Shown here piece by piece: positions 11,115 through 23,790 of a stretch of DNA of 64,000 nt (position 1 is the stretch's first letter; the number at the start of each line of letters is the position of its first letter). The position numbers and the translations under genes are program-made. The DNA is taken from NCBI GenBank assembly GCA_036172245.1, contig JAYWIR010000022.1:558001-622000 (forward strand). Reading direction: 5' to 3'. The DNA is from Raillietiella orientalis (Eukaryota). Below the pieces are notes generated by a model. That model ran no database searches, was not told where the DNA came from, and saw nothing but the letters and a program-made list of their open reading frames with translations.

Positions 11115-14100
11115 ATGGCAAATCAGGGAATTTCTGTAGGAAAGCTCTCAGGTTTTTTGATTCAAGATAATAATGGTAAGTAACTGATCTTAGTTGGGGA
11201 TTTTTCGTTTAAAATGCATTACATTGCACGTCAGTTTGTTCCTTTGCAAAGTACTTCAAGATTAATGAATTTCAGGGACACATCAAATTATCAAGGTGAT
11301 AAAAACTCCAAAAGTATCTGTTGCAAATACTAGCCAAGCAAATGGAGCTGCTGTGAAATCCATTTTGAAGAATTTGGAAACAGATGGACAGGTAGACTTG
11401 AAAGTAATAAGCTGTTTTGTTAACTCTTCTTGTGTTGTGTTTGAGAAAGTGTTTGTGTTTGTATACACCTTTTTTGGTTAATGTGTTTATTTAATGTTAA
11501 GGATGTATGTTGTACACATATTGCCGTAATTTTATGATTTCCTGATGTAATGGGAGATTTTGTAACAAACATTGTTGACTGGGTTTGCATACTATAAGCA
11601 AAGAATTGTTTTCTGAAGGGCTTAGGTAAAAATGAGATAGGTAAAAGGAAAACTTTGGTGAAAATTATTTGTTCCATCATATGTCTTCCTTTGCTCTTGC
11701 ACATTTTAAAGTCAAAAGGTTTGCAGACTTTCGAAAGAGATCTTCAGGATTTTCCTTTGCTTTTAGCAGGAGAATTTCTGTTTGAATGTGCTTTATTACA
11801 TTTATTGAAGTGTTAGTTTTGTAACCCTCGTTTTTGCACCATAAATTTTTCATGACAGTATGTGCCCAGGTGAGGGAGGGGAAGGGAAAGTGTATTACAT
11901 AAGAGTGGATCAAAGAATTCGCAATACATGTTAGTTAGTGATGTATGTTTTACCTGTACACTTGATTGTTAATTCACTTTGTGTTAGCTATAAAATACAG
12001 ATACCTCTCTTTGCCTATGTACACATGTGCAAGGCAGATTTTATGATAAACTGGATCAGAAATTTATGTTTTAAATTCAATGTTTAAGGCAACCATATAA
12101 ACCATATAAATGTAATGTGAAGATAAAATTTCAAGACTGCATCATGGGTATTTTTTTTTTTGTTTTTTCAAAGTTCAAAGTTTATGATTCATTTTGATGT
12201 ATTGAATTCATTTTTTTCCCATGTGCGTTTTGCGCTTAGCATGGATGCGTCATTGCATTGTGAAAGCACAGTTTCAGGAAAACTGCTTCCTGTTCCTCCT
12301 CCTACAGAATTTCTAGGTTTGCTTGGTTTGGTTTTCGCCGATTTTTCCTTTGTCGTATGCTTTAAGGTGTTTTTCGTCACCCGGCTGACTTTCGATCAGG
12401 AGGAGATGCTCCTTGGTTGCCGCGCATAATTCGTTGCAAAGAGCTCGGAAATTTCTCACGCCTTCTCCCCCCCCCCCCCCTGCCCCCACAGGAACCGGGA
12501 TCCAGGTCCTTGCGGTGCTCGTTGCGGACGGTCCTCCCCCCCGGGGTCGCGGGCGCCAGAGCTCCTCCGCCGCATGGAAGCAGCAGCAGCAGCCATTGGG
12601 GCTGCAACGAAAGAAATGCCGGGAATGCACGTACAAAAGCATTGTGCATGGCCGTTGCCGTGCCAAGGGTTCGATAGCACGGAGAGCTTCCTTTCCCCCT
12701 TTTTTACGGAATGCGGACGCGAGCGTGTTGTTTTTTTTTTTCTTCTTCTTCCCTCCCCCCCGTGAAGGCAGCACGTCCTGCAGCCTCCAATTATCCCGGG
12801 TTGATTTAAGGCTACCTGCTCGCCCAGGTTTACGTGTGCCGCGTCCCCGGCCGAGGAGGAGTTGCCCGTTGAAATACGCGCGCTTTGGTTACGTCGGTTA
12901 CGAGTGCCGAGGGGGGAGAAGAGAAGCGTTCCGTATTCTTTCGCTCCAGCTGCTGCAACAGCTGACGACCAAAGTTCGCGGGAAACGGATGCGTTCTCCA
13001 TTGGTTTCTTGGTAGCAGCGTGCTCCGCCTATCCATTCATTAGTATTGCAGCGGGATTTTGCTTCACGGCTTTACTCAAGGACATTAATCTATTGCGCGA
13101 GGGGGGGAGGGGGAGGGGATGGTTACCCCAATAGAAAACGATGTTCGTAATGTGTGATTCTCCCCGACGATGGTGTTTGGTGATGTTTCCGAGGGGATCC
13201 GTGGCGCATCGAATGGAGTGTGTGATCATCAGCGAAGTTTCGGTGATTCTTCCCGGACGCAATTTTCGAACGCCATCCACTCCAAAGAGGGGCACTAAAA
13301 AATTATGTCTACTCGTGTGAGACCGTTGTGTTTCCTGGGCCGGCGCTGTACATGATCAGTTCGTCGAACAGAAGAACTACGCGGCCGTTTGTTCCAGATG
13401 AAATGGAATCATCTGGAATAAACGGCCGAAACGGAAATAGCGAAGCCAAGCGATGTCGCGCATTGGAAACGTACAGGGAGCTGACCATGACGTGACATCT
13501 CGCCACGGAATGCTTGGAAGACTTAAGTAAATGCACGTCATCAAAGCACACAAACAAGTGAACGTACTGTGGCCGCGGGAATCCGCATGCCCCACATGTT
13601 CCGGAAACGAGAGAAAAGAAGCAGGAATGCCAACATCACTTGCGTGCTTTACTCGCTCGCTCCGCGCTCCGAGACAAAACGTGGGACGAAAACCCGGGGG
13701 CGCGGTCACAAGGACGGGTCCCTTTCCCAAGGAGGTTTCCCGTCCCGGGGACAGTTTGTGAATTTCCACGTAGCCTGTGAACTCTGGGTAGCGGGACGTC
13801 AAGCAAATGCCAAAGAGATCTCGCAGCGCCGCAACGAGATGAATGCCACAGAGTTCGTCGTCGAAAGTTCGTGTCTCTGTTTAAGAAGGTGAGGAGGAGG
13901 GGGGGGGGCGGCGGAGGGATGCGACAGAGAACCACCGCAAGTGCTTCCGTTCGTAAAAAAATAAGAATCGGAAAACTGAGTTACGGAGTGAGTTGAGTTC
14001 CGTGAGATGGAGCCGCTATCCAAAGTTCACAGGCTCGCTGCGGTTAGAGGATTCGGACGCGAAGCGAAAAACAAGAAACGTGGAAAATTCGCAAGCTGCC

Positions 14101-17100
14101 CCCAAGACCGGAGACCTCCCTGGAAAGAGGGGACCCGTCCTTGTGACCGCGCCCCCGGGTTTTCGTCCCACGTTTTGTCTCGGAGCGCGGAGCGAGCGAG
14201 TAAAGCACGCAAGTGATGTTGGCATTCCTGCTTCTTTTCTCTCGTTTCCGGAACATGTGGGGCATGCGGATTCCCGCGGCCACAGTACGTTCACTTGTTT
14301 GTGTGCTTTGATGACGTGCATTTACTTAAGTCTTCCAAGCATTCCGTGGCGAGATGTCACGTCATGGTCAGCTCCCTGTACGTTTCGTCCCACGTTTTGT
14401 CTCGGAGCGCGGGGCGAGCGTTCGGAACCAGCCGTGAACTGAGGAAGGCAGCGAACGTTCTGATTACCGGGAAAACGGGAAGGAAGGCAGGTGCCGGTGC
14501 TGCTGGCATTCCTGCTGCTGCTTTTCGTGCAGGGCATGCAGGTTTCTGCGGTCACAGCACGCCACATTTACTTGTTCATGTGTTTTGGTGTGCATTTCTT
14601 CAGCTGTTTTCCGATCTACGGAGGATTCGGAAACCCACCGCTAGAAGTACTATCCAAGAAAAAGTACGTCTGTTTTTTTTGTAAAAAAAAAACACACACA
14701 CACACACACAAGAAAATTTCATTCGTGAGAAAGTGAATTTGCAAATCTGGCAAACGTGGTTGGAAAAGACTTGGAACTTCATTTTCTTTGCCTTCTTCCC
14801 GCGGCGGCGATGGTTCGGAAGCACTCGTGGTGCTCTCTGGATCTCTACGAAACTGCTGTTGTATGCTACAGGGTGAAAAACCGGAAAAATTTCTCAGCAA
14901 GCTGACTGTTTCAAAGCTGCTTGTTTGGAAACGTTCCTTAAGGAAGAAGACGTTAATTGAGTAGGTTTATGTTTGAAAAGAATACGAAGGAAAGCACTTT
15001 CACAAACTCTGGTTTTCGAAAGCTCCTCTAGTTTCACCAGTTGCTGCAGCGTCTTCCTCAACCGGCGCAGAGATCTGCCGATTCCTGCGTCTTTCCGTTA
15101 GCCGCAGTCAGCTCGAAGATTATTTGCAGTAGCCGTTATTTAGCGTAATGGCTGGACGTCGCCCTGGTATTAGCTTCGTGCAGCCATTATGAAGTGATAT
15201 CGATTTCGCTTTCATGTATAAACAGTTGACTTTGTTCTACCATCGAATGCGCAGTCCAGCAGTCATTATGCGTGATTTCGTCGTGGGCGAATGTCGGTTT
15301 GATGGTTTGCCTCGGTTTTCGTAATGCCTGATTCGTGAGGGAAACGTGCTGGTGTTCTGGGACCCCTGCATTCGCGCATGCCGACTCGGAAGAAGGCGGT
15401 TTGCTCTCCTCGCATCGATTCAGGCTCCTCGGACGAAAATTTGTGTTTGGTGTTTGCATCTTTGGAAGAAGGAGAAAGAGAAGCCATCAAAAATCATTGC
15501 TTGAAGGATTCTGTAGCTGCCTCCAGCTTCGCAGACCATAGCGCTCCGTCTTGCGGAAGCTTCACGTATTGAGAAGCACCAAATGCTTATTTATGCTTAG
15601 GGTATTTTGATGCCAACACGGTAATTTGCGATTCTTTTCTAAACAGTTGCTGTCCCGCGTGTCTGTCCCTCCACACGTTTAGGTGCCTCTCCCCCTTGCC
15701 GTCCGGGAATCCATAAGAGAAACGGATTGTCACCAGTCTTCCCTCCAGCACACCTCACTCACAGTCATTGCGATGACTCTTCCGAGGCGCTCTGTCACCT
15801 TGTGATTGCTTTTCTCGGTTGATTTCTGCCCGTGCCACACTGTGTGCAGGAGACCGGACGCTCCAGATTTTTTCTCCTGCAGTGTGCATCCGAAAGATGC
15901 ATCCGTAGGGAGCATGTCGAAAAATGCAGTGCCGAAAGAAGTGGCTTTACCTTCTCCAGGCGCATGGGAAGTAACGAAACCTGCGGGATGAAACCATGGG
16001 TGGTGATCACTGAAGATAAATCGGTCGGGAGGTGGTGAACACGGAAAAGCGGCCAACCAGGCACATTCGAGAAGTCGTTCGAAAGCAGTGCGTGCTCGCC
16101 AGCCTGGTAGATCCCCGGACCGAAATTCGTGGGGAATGTAGAAGTCGGTCTTCGAGTGATTTGAGCCGTGCGTGCCTCCCAGACCATCACCGACGGAACC
16201 TGGATGGCTGAGAGTGGTAGTAAAAATACGGATAAGGGGAAATTGGTTTCTTTTAAGTAAATCTTGCACAACTGAGATTTCGGCCAAGGCAGACTCATTT
16301 CACGTGTTGAAATGCAGTCAGCGATAATATAAGGGAAGAGCGGCTCAACATGGAAGCGACGGAAGAATGAAGGATCAGATTTATTCACTAGTGGACAAAC
16401 CGATCGTACTGCGAAAAACTTAAATATGTGTTTTCCAAATACCAAAATGGTGTTTACTGAACTCTTTGCTTGGAATATCGAGCAAATGCTAAATTGGGGA
16501 TATGGTATTTGTGTGTGGGGGGGGAAGCGTCTTCAGGAAAGTAATAGTGGTGCAGAATCGGAACAGTCTGAAATGAAATGCTGATGACCAAGTAATTTGG
16601 TAACTTGATCCGATTCAATTTATTTACATCGGATTAAGTAGCTGGAAGGTCAGAAAGACGCGAAACGAATGCTCTCCGCATCTGTACCATTTGTCCGATG
16701 GCAGTACAAAGCAGTTCGTGAGTTCGTCTGTCCGGGTATCTCGGCGAAAGAGAACCCAAGCCAGAGACAGCAGCAGAATGACATCGCTCGACGCTCCGTT
16801 CTTGGTCATGGCTTCCATGATGCTATGTACAAGGGCAGTTTGTATTCGTACGTTTCCTAGCGGATCCTGATTGAACAGCAAGCCATTGGAGCACTGGGAT
16901 TCAGCCACAACGAACTCTTATCGCTTGCTTGTTCTTCATAAATCACCACTCGATCTGAAACGGTACAGATAAAGATGTTCTCTATTGTCACATATCTTCA
17001 TCACGTTATCAGAAATGTGCTCGGAGATTTATTAGGAGTGGGAGTAGTGTGACGCATGTCTTTTGTCATGCGAACATGACTGTACGGTTGGTAAGTTCAG

Positions 17101-20100
17101 TACAGATTACAATTCTTGATTTCCGAATGCTGCTGGTAATTTAATCTTCGTTTCTCAAGTACAAAAAGGATCTATTTGTCTCACTTGTCCGGCGGAAGAA
17201 TTGTGCGATTGCGGATCGAATGTTGCCATAATGGGGGGTGCATGAGTGTTAAACGCTTGGAAGAATCTCGAAGAATGCTGGGCTGAAAGAAAGTTCAGAA
17301 ACACGCACTTTTTCCCCTTCTCAGTTTCTTAGTTTATTATTATTATCATTATCATTATTATTGTGCGTAATTGGTTTCGCGAACATGGAGCCGATTACAG
17401 ACTTAACATCTTGGTCGCGAGCACCGGTTCCTCTATGCCAAACTTTGCATTCTCTGCATAATGAAGGAATAGTCGTCAGCTAAGGCAATTCCCCTGACAC
17501 TGACATCTCCATACGAAATTGTTTTGCCTTGTGGGTGTCGCCAGTTTTGATGTACGACGTGCGTCTTAAGAGATACGAACCTGAAACTTCAGTTTGCAAA
17601 TTATGCATGAATTTTTGTAACCAAGTAAACGAAAAGACGTTCACCGAACAGCAGTTGAATTATTTGTAAAGCAATGGCATATTTTATGTGTTTGTGAGCG
17701 TCTTCGCGCGCGCGCGTGTGTGTGTGTCATATTATCACATGGACCATACCTTCAAACCTTGAGTGATAATTTGGAAAGCAAATATAAGAATCGTTTTCCC
17801 CGTAATCGTTCATTCGTTGATTTCGTCGTGACCGTTGTACTCTCGTTGAATGTTTGGTACACATTTCCGGATTTGCTTCGCTGCTGCTGCTGTTATTAAC
17901 GTGTAACTGGTGGTTATATTATCTTGAAAGTCGATCTTGTGTTCTCAAAGAACACAAGAAAGCCTGAATGGGAAGAAAATAAACTTGCATGCTACTGTGT
18001 TTTTCGAAAAAAAAAAAAAATACCTCCGGTGTCTCGAGCTTCGTGTATCCGTTTTCCCCGGTAATGTTGAAAGATTAGTTCGCAGCCCAGACAGCTCTTA
18101 TCATCTGATCCTCAAGGATGCTGAGAGTCATCCCCATAACCCATTCATATCTAAGTATCCTGTGATCTTTCTAGATTTCCAAGTAGTGTCGTGGAATTTC
18201 TTTCAGCGGTATCTCGGTCACCGTAAATTTCTAGTTGAGAAACATCTTTGCAAAGCCTTCGTCTTCCGTTACTGTCGGACGCTGGACGATAGCGTTGCCC
18301 TTAACAACGGCAATGCGTGAGGATGCTGTGCGGCCTGTCCTGTAAATTACTGCAGGATCAAGAAATGCTTCCAGCGTTGTTCATTTCTTTGGGATGGATG
18401 ATACTTGCCTGTTGTTTCTCATATAAAACGAAACGAAATTTCATTTCGTTTTTCTCATGAGTGTTGCTTTGGGTGATCCGTCGAAGCTATGAAAGCAGGA
18501 AGGCGAACACCGTGCGGTCGCATTTTTTTTTTTTTTCCCTGTCGTCGAACACGAACAACCAACACTCATCCACTTTGCCATTCGCGTGAAACCAGAAGAC
18601 CGGCGCTCCACCGTCTGAAGCCCAAACCGACCGAGAAGATCGAAACCCTCAGTTGCAATCACTGCTCTCTGCTTCTCTTAAGCATCTTTGAGTTGCAGGC
18701 CAATAGCGGAAGGCCGTCATCTTTCAGGCAGCAGAAGAGTGCTCCGGTATTTGATTTCACAGCAAAGCACCAGAGGTAGGCCAAAGTCCGGTAGAGCGTG
18801 GGCGGAGGCTGCATCTCGGGTACATCGCAGGCGGATTTTCCAAAAGAGGAAACGGGAAATTGAAGAGAAGGCAGCATTGTGTGCATTGTGTTGTTTTTTT
18901 TATTACATTGGTTAAATGTAATAAGAAGCCGCCGAATCGATCGAAATATCTCATTTACATGATAAATGCACTTTGGTGACTGCATGACTCTACAGCTTGG
19001 GGTCCAGCCTGCTTGCGGCGCAATATCGGCCAGTTTTCAAAGGAGGAAACTCGAGTGGAGGATTCTGAAGGATGCAACACACAATTATTGCATTATTCCC
19101 ATCGTGGCAGTTCTGACTTTCGGAAATTTTTCGTTAAGGTTTGCCTAAGGGAGTGCAGATCTGGTTTCTTGTGTTCTGAGGAAACCAGAAGCCTCTTCTA
19201 ACAGTTCTGGATTCTGTGCCCTGGAAAGGCACCACCATGTTTACGGCAAAGAACAAGGTAGATTCAGCTTGGTCAGGGCTTTTACTCGAGCTGTCTTTAT
19301 CGAAAGACTCAAATTCGTGGAATGTCTCGAAGATCGAAAAAACAACGCTACCTTCAAAAGATCCGTATGCCTTTTTGAAAGGAAAGTCATTCGCTTGGTT
19401 TCAGCATTCCTTCGTTTGATGGTTTGGCATTGGATTTAGAATTCTCCATTTCTTTCCTCTTTGCTGTTAGGGACGCAGTTGTTCACGACGTGTTGTTCGT
19501 TTTTTTTTTTTTTTTTTTTTTTCTTTTAAAAAAAGAAAAAAGAAAACTTCCTATTATTTGGTAAGCTATGCAACCGTCCGTGTGTATATCTGCCCTGTTC
19601 ATCTGCACTGAGGGGTGACCCATTCTAACACAGTGGCCAGATAAGTGAATACTGAAGAGGAAATTTACTTTTAATCGGAAATTGCCATCAAGTACTCTGC
19701 CATATCGGCACTCAGCAAACTCCAGTTAGCGTTCCTCATCCCTTTGAATGGTGTATCTCGTGGTTCTTGTTTTCCTGTGTAACGCAGATTCCGATTCTTC
19801 CTGGCTCTGCACGCCATTTTGTTTCCTTCCCTCTTCAGGAATACAGTCACTGGGAAAGAAGACTTTGACGTGAATACCACCGCGAGTGCCGATTGATTTT
19901 TTATGATTTCGTGATTCCCGGTTCCCTTTGGCACTCCCAACTTGGGCCCCCTTCTTTTGCCCTTTCATTTTGGGTGCCGTAACAGATCTTCGCAGAAATC
20001 TGCAGATGCGGCAGCATCCTCGTGCACATCCGTTCGAGAGTTCTCTCGTTTTTCTCTGTGGCCCGACCGTAACCTTTAACTTAAGTTGGCTTCTGTCCAT

Positions 20101-23100
20101 GTATGAATAAAGGTAACTTCGCTTAAGCTTCCAGGTAACTTAAGTAAACGAGCATTGGTGGTTCGTTTACCTTGGTTTTTTGCCCTCGCTCGAAGATAAA
20201 TGAAATGTTTGTACATCGGTAGTGCAAACAGCTACCGCATCTTCAATTGTACAGTTGACTTTCTTTGAGGGAATTACTCAAAACTGAAAGCGTTAATTAT
20301 TTCCGATTCATGCTACCTCTAATTCTTAACGTAAACGGTGGGTTGTTGTCAAGTCATCAGAGTGTTTCTGAAGTGTTCGTGTTGTTGCTTGTGATTTACG
20401 TGGCCGAATGTAAGCTTCCGACACCATCTGTGATTGAAGTTCTTTCGAATAAGGAAACGCAACGTATAAGCGGTGGACGTGTTTCAGAAGGGTTCCTTCG
20501 GTGAGGGATTCCAGTGATGGTGTCAATATCATCTACGGAAGGTCTCTGTAGGAAAGATCAAAGAGATGATCAAATTCGCCCTGCGTTGTGCTCTGTTTCA
20601 AGAGTTGAGCTCTTACGTTTAAGGATGGACGGAAGACTTCAGTAGCGTTGCGTTGTGAGAAAAGCGGAATGAGCGTGCTCGAAAGTGGTGGTCCTCGTCC
20701 TAGCTGAAATCCAAAGTCATCCCAGATTGCTGTAATGTTGAGGTCCCCCACCTCTGTTATCCCGCGACTTGCAGCAGCACTCCTTGTGGCGTCTTTTCCA
20801 GGAACGGCAGCCGACTAGTTGTAGTTGGTTGGCGCCTTTTCTAAAGGAAAAATTTCCGGGCACACGAATTTACTGCTGAAACAGACATCGATAAGTGCGT
20901 GGCTTTTCCCTCTGGGTCACTGGATCGAGAGTGCGTAAGAGCATTGCGTGGAAACACATTCCTGTAGGAGGATGTAACTTTAACGGTGATAACCCCGTGT
21001 ACTGTAACACACACGTTTTTCGTCACGTGTTGCTTTTCACATTCTTCTGGAAGCGAAATCCTCCCACTCGAATGGTTTTCCCTCCATCTTTCTTGGTTCA
21101 CCCGTACGAACGAAGCGGCGCGCTGCGATTTTTCGGAGTCTGGGGGGGGGGGGGGAGGATAAAAGTCTTTCGGTCCCGAACGGCTCACCTTCAGAAACGT
21201 ATTTCTCATTTCAGAAAATACTGGTGAATCAGAATGGGCAGATCATCCAAGCCGTAAAAGTGAAAGTGGCAACAACAGGAAGTACTGGTGAGCTATTTAA
21301 GTGGACTGATTTAATTTAATTATTTTGAACAGCGGGAGGCACCAAGCTGCTCGCGTTCCCGGCCAGCATAAAACATATCAAGACAATTAATGGCAACAGC
21401 GAATCCACGGTAAGCGCCCGGAAGAGGAAGAAAAATGGACCGGCCGCTCGTTCGTTGCGTTTCCCACAGATAAACAAGAATTCGGTAGAGGTGAAGGAAG
21501 ATGCCGTGTCGTCGTCGCAGCCCGTCATCTTGAAAACGGAGCTGCAGTTACCTCAGAAGCAGCAGATCGATGTGCCAATCAGTCAGGTGGCCGTCACATC
21601 ACTCCAGCCCATCGTCATGAAAACGGAACTTCCGTTGCCCGCGCAGCAGACGGACGTGCCTCTCCAGGAGAGCAACAAGGCAAACGTGCCGCTGTCTTCG
21701 AAAGTGTCTACCGGCGTGATCCTCACGCCGAACATCCGAACAAATAAAGGAAATGTATTTATTTCCCCCATTCTGGACCACAGTAGGTCGCGCAAACGGA
21801 TGGAATTCAATGTCGATGTTCCGTTCGAGAGGTGAGTGGAGTGGTGCTGTCTTCCTTCGCATTCGCGCCCAACTACTCCAAGCAAAATGCAACCACCCTG
21901 TTCCCTTCTCTCCAGCCCTTATCTCCCGAGATTTCCCAGATGTTCTTCATCCGTTGTGATTGCTATTCTTCCTCATCAGCAAGAAGCGGAGAACCGAAAA
22001 GGGAGGAGTAGGCCTTCGCCAGTTTTCGATGAAAGTCTGCGAGAAGGTGAAAACCAAGGGCCGTACCACCTACAACGAAGTAGCAGACGAGCTTGTGGCC
22101 GAGTTCACAGACCCCAACAGGATGAGCGTCATCACGGACCAGGTGAGCCTTGATTGCACGGCATCGTGGTCGGATGGACCTTCGTTTGTTTGCCTGTTCG
22201 ACTCCGCGGTCCCCCTTCATGTCAGGGTGTGCTCGCCCGCCCTGATGGGACTCCAGAGTTTCAAAAAAAAAAAAAAAAAGGGAAAAAGAAAGAAAAGGAC
22301 ATCCCTCTCCGCTCTTGTCGTCGTGTTCTTTTCCACCTCTCCCTCGCAAGCTACTGCGTACTCTGTCAAGCGGATCCGCTTAAGAAATCGGGCAATTTGG
22401 TTTCTGATTGATGATGGCTACAACTGCGTTTTGCGGCGCGGCTGATACCTATTTCGCGGTTCCCGACCTCTGTTTTGGATTCCTGTGATGCCTCGGTACT
22501 TTCATCGGAGCTTTCCTTTTCTCGGATCGAATAAGCGACTCGGTGTGTTCCTCCCTGTCGTTTTTTTTTTTTTTTTTTTTTTTTATCCCTCCGTTTACGC
22601 AAAACTTTTTTTCTTGGAAACCAGCTAGTGCACAAGTGCCAATCATTCCAGCAATACGACCAGAAGAACATCAGGCGTCGCGTGTATGATGCTCTCAACG
22701 TATTGATGGCCATGGGGATAATCAGCAAGGAGAAAAAGGAGATCAAGTGGATCGGACTACCCACAAATTCGGCGCAAGAGTGCCAGAACCTGGAGACGAT
22801 CAAGGCACGCAAGCTGGCGAAAATCTCCGTCAAAACTCAGCAGCTGCAAGACCTCATTCTGCAGCAGATTGCCTTCAAAAACCTGGTAGCTCGCAACCGA
22901 AACATGGAACAGCTCCATGGACCTCCTGCTCCCAACACCACCATACAACTGCCATTCATCGTCGTAAACACCCATCGCAAAACAGTCATTGAGTGCAGTA
23001 TCTCTCAGGACAAGTGAGTTTCTCTCCCCCTTTCTCTCTCTCTCTCTCTCTGTCTTTTTTTTTTTTTTTTTTTCTCTCCCTCCCCCCGAGCTGCAAATGC

Positions 23101-23611
23101 ATCTTTTGCCAGAACGGAATATTTATTCAATTTCGACAGCCCTTTCGAGATCCATGACGACATCGAAGTACTTAAAAGAATGAATATGACGATGGGTAAA
23201 ATTGTATAAGGATTCAATTTCCAGAATTTTGTTTGTCTCAAAGGACTTCACACGGGCAAATGCTCCGACGAGGATTTGGAGAAAGCTCGGGCCATGTTAC
23301 CTCAAGCGTTTGAGGGTTATTTGTATCGTAAGTTACCGACCGATCCGCGCGGAATTTTGTGCACCTAAGAGAGCAGAGCTAGCAGGGAGGCAGTCAGCAC
23401 CCCAGAACTGGGAAGTGTCGTGCATTGAAGAATGTTGTTCTGAAAACGCATCGCTCTTACCCAGGTACGCCCTGCCCCGAAGCCTCCGAAGACCCTTGTC
23501 ATCTTCCCGCGCTTTCCTCCCTCCAGACCTCCTAGTGCAGCCGACACCACGAGTTCCATTGCTGATTACGAGAGCGATCCTCTAGACGAAACGGAAAGAT
23601 CGAGCGATTGA
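11115..23611 (+). CDS. Dp: Transcription factor DP (E2F dimerisation partner, TFDP family), ~517 aa. Exons 11115-11175, 11276-11391, 21215-21287, 21333-21409, 21470-21831, 21980-22142, 22652-23013, 23113-23195, 23244-23327, 23377-23464, 23527-23611.
   Basis: Winged-helix motif [32 protein letters not shown] box [20 protein letters not shown], coiled coil/marked box [48 protein letters not shown], and an acidic C-terminus. The N-terminal [14 protein letters not shown] resembles arthropod DP. All junctions are GT-AG and in phase (1554 nt). The first two and last two exons are less certain. AATAAA at 23743-23748. Confidence 0.93.
12400..13300. promoter_or_regulatory. CpG/GC-rich island in DP intron 2 with an E2F-type site and CCAAT boxes (candidate promoter or enhancer)
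   Basis: Abrupt switch from CpG-poor to CpG-rich sequence. TTTCCCGCG on the minus strand at 12977-12985. CCAAT at 12787 (+), 13000 (-) and 13128 (+). Motif evidence only. Confidence 0.3.
13466..14386. repeat. Long inverted repeat: apparently identical 257-bp arms (13466-13722 and 14130-14386), a diverged inner extension, and a diverged third partial copy at ~14383-14600
   Basis: The arms read as reverse complements, and the ORF track gives identical peptides on opposite strands. Confidence 0.95.
15730..16290 (-). mobile_element. Decayed LINE APE-endonuclease fragment
   Basis: [14 protein letters not shown] ... FIFSDHHP resembles the SR(I/L)D.FY(I) and SDH.P motifs of LINE endonucleases. Confidence 0.4.
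19540..21130 (-). mobile_element. Highly decayed LINE remnants (endonuclease-like GDLN..W..RG at ~20750, RNase H-like IHTDG at ~19580)
   Basis: Isolated motifs in the expected EN-to-RNase H order on the minus strand, heavily frameshifted. Confidence 0.3.
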
Positions 23612-23790
23612 GCTTCCCTCCCTCCGAGAGAAAGTCGGAACCAAGTACAAAGTTGCGTCAGGTCACTCCCAACATCATTTTTTGCACTGCTGATTCAGTA
23701 CCAACGTATCGCCATTAGAGATCTTGATGAAAAATAACAGTAAATAAACGCAGTCGTTTCGTAAATTCCACCCCTCTTTATTTTTCGCCC

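Noticed and set aside
18441..18662. THAP-like 'SVGCS' peptide
   Set aside because: No C2CH completion or AVPT motif, and the ORF runs through a homopolymer.
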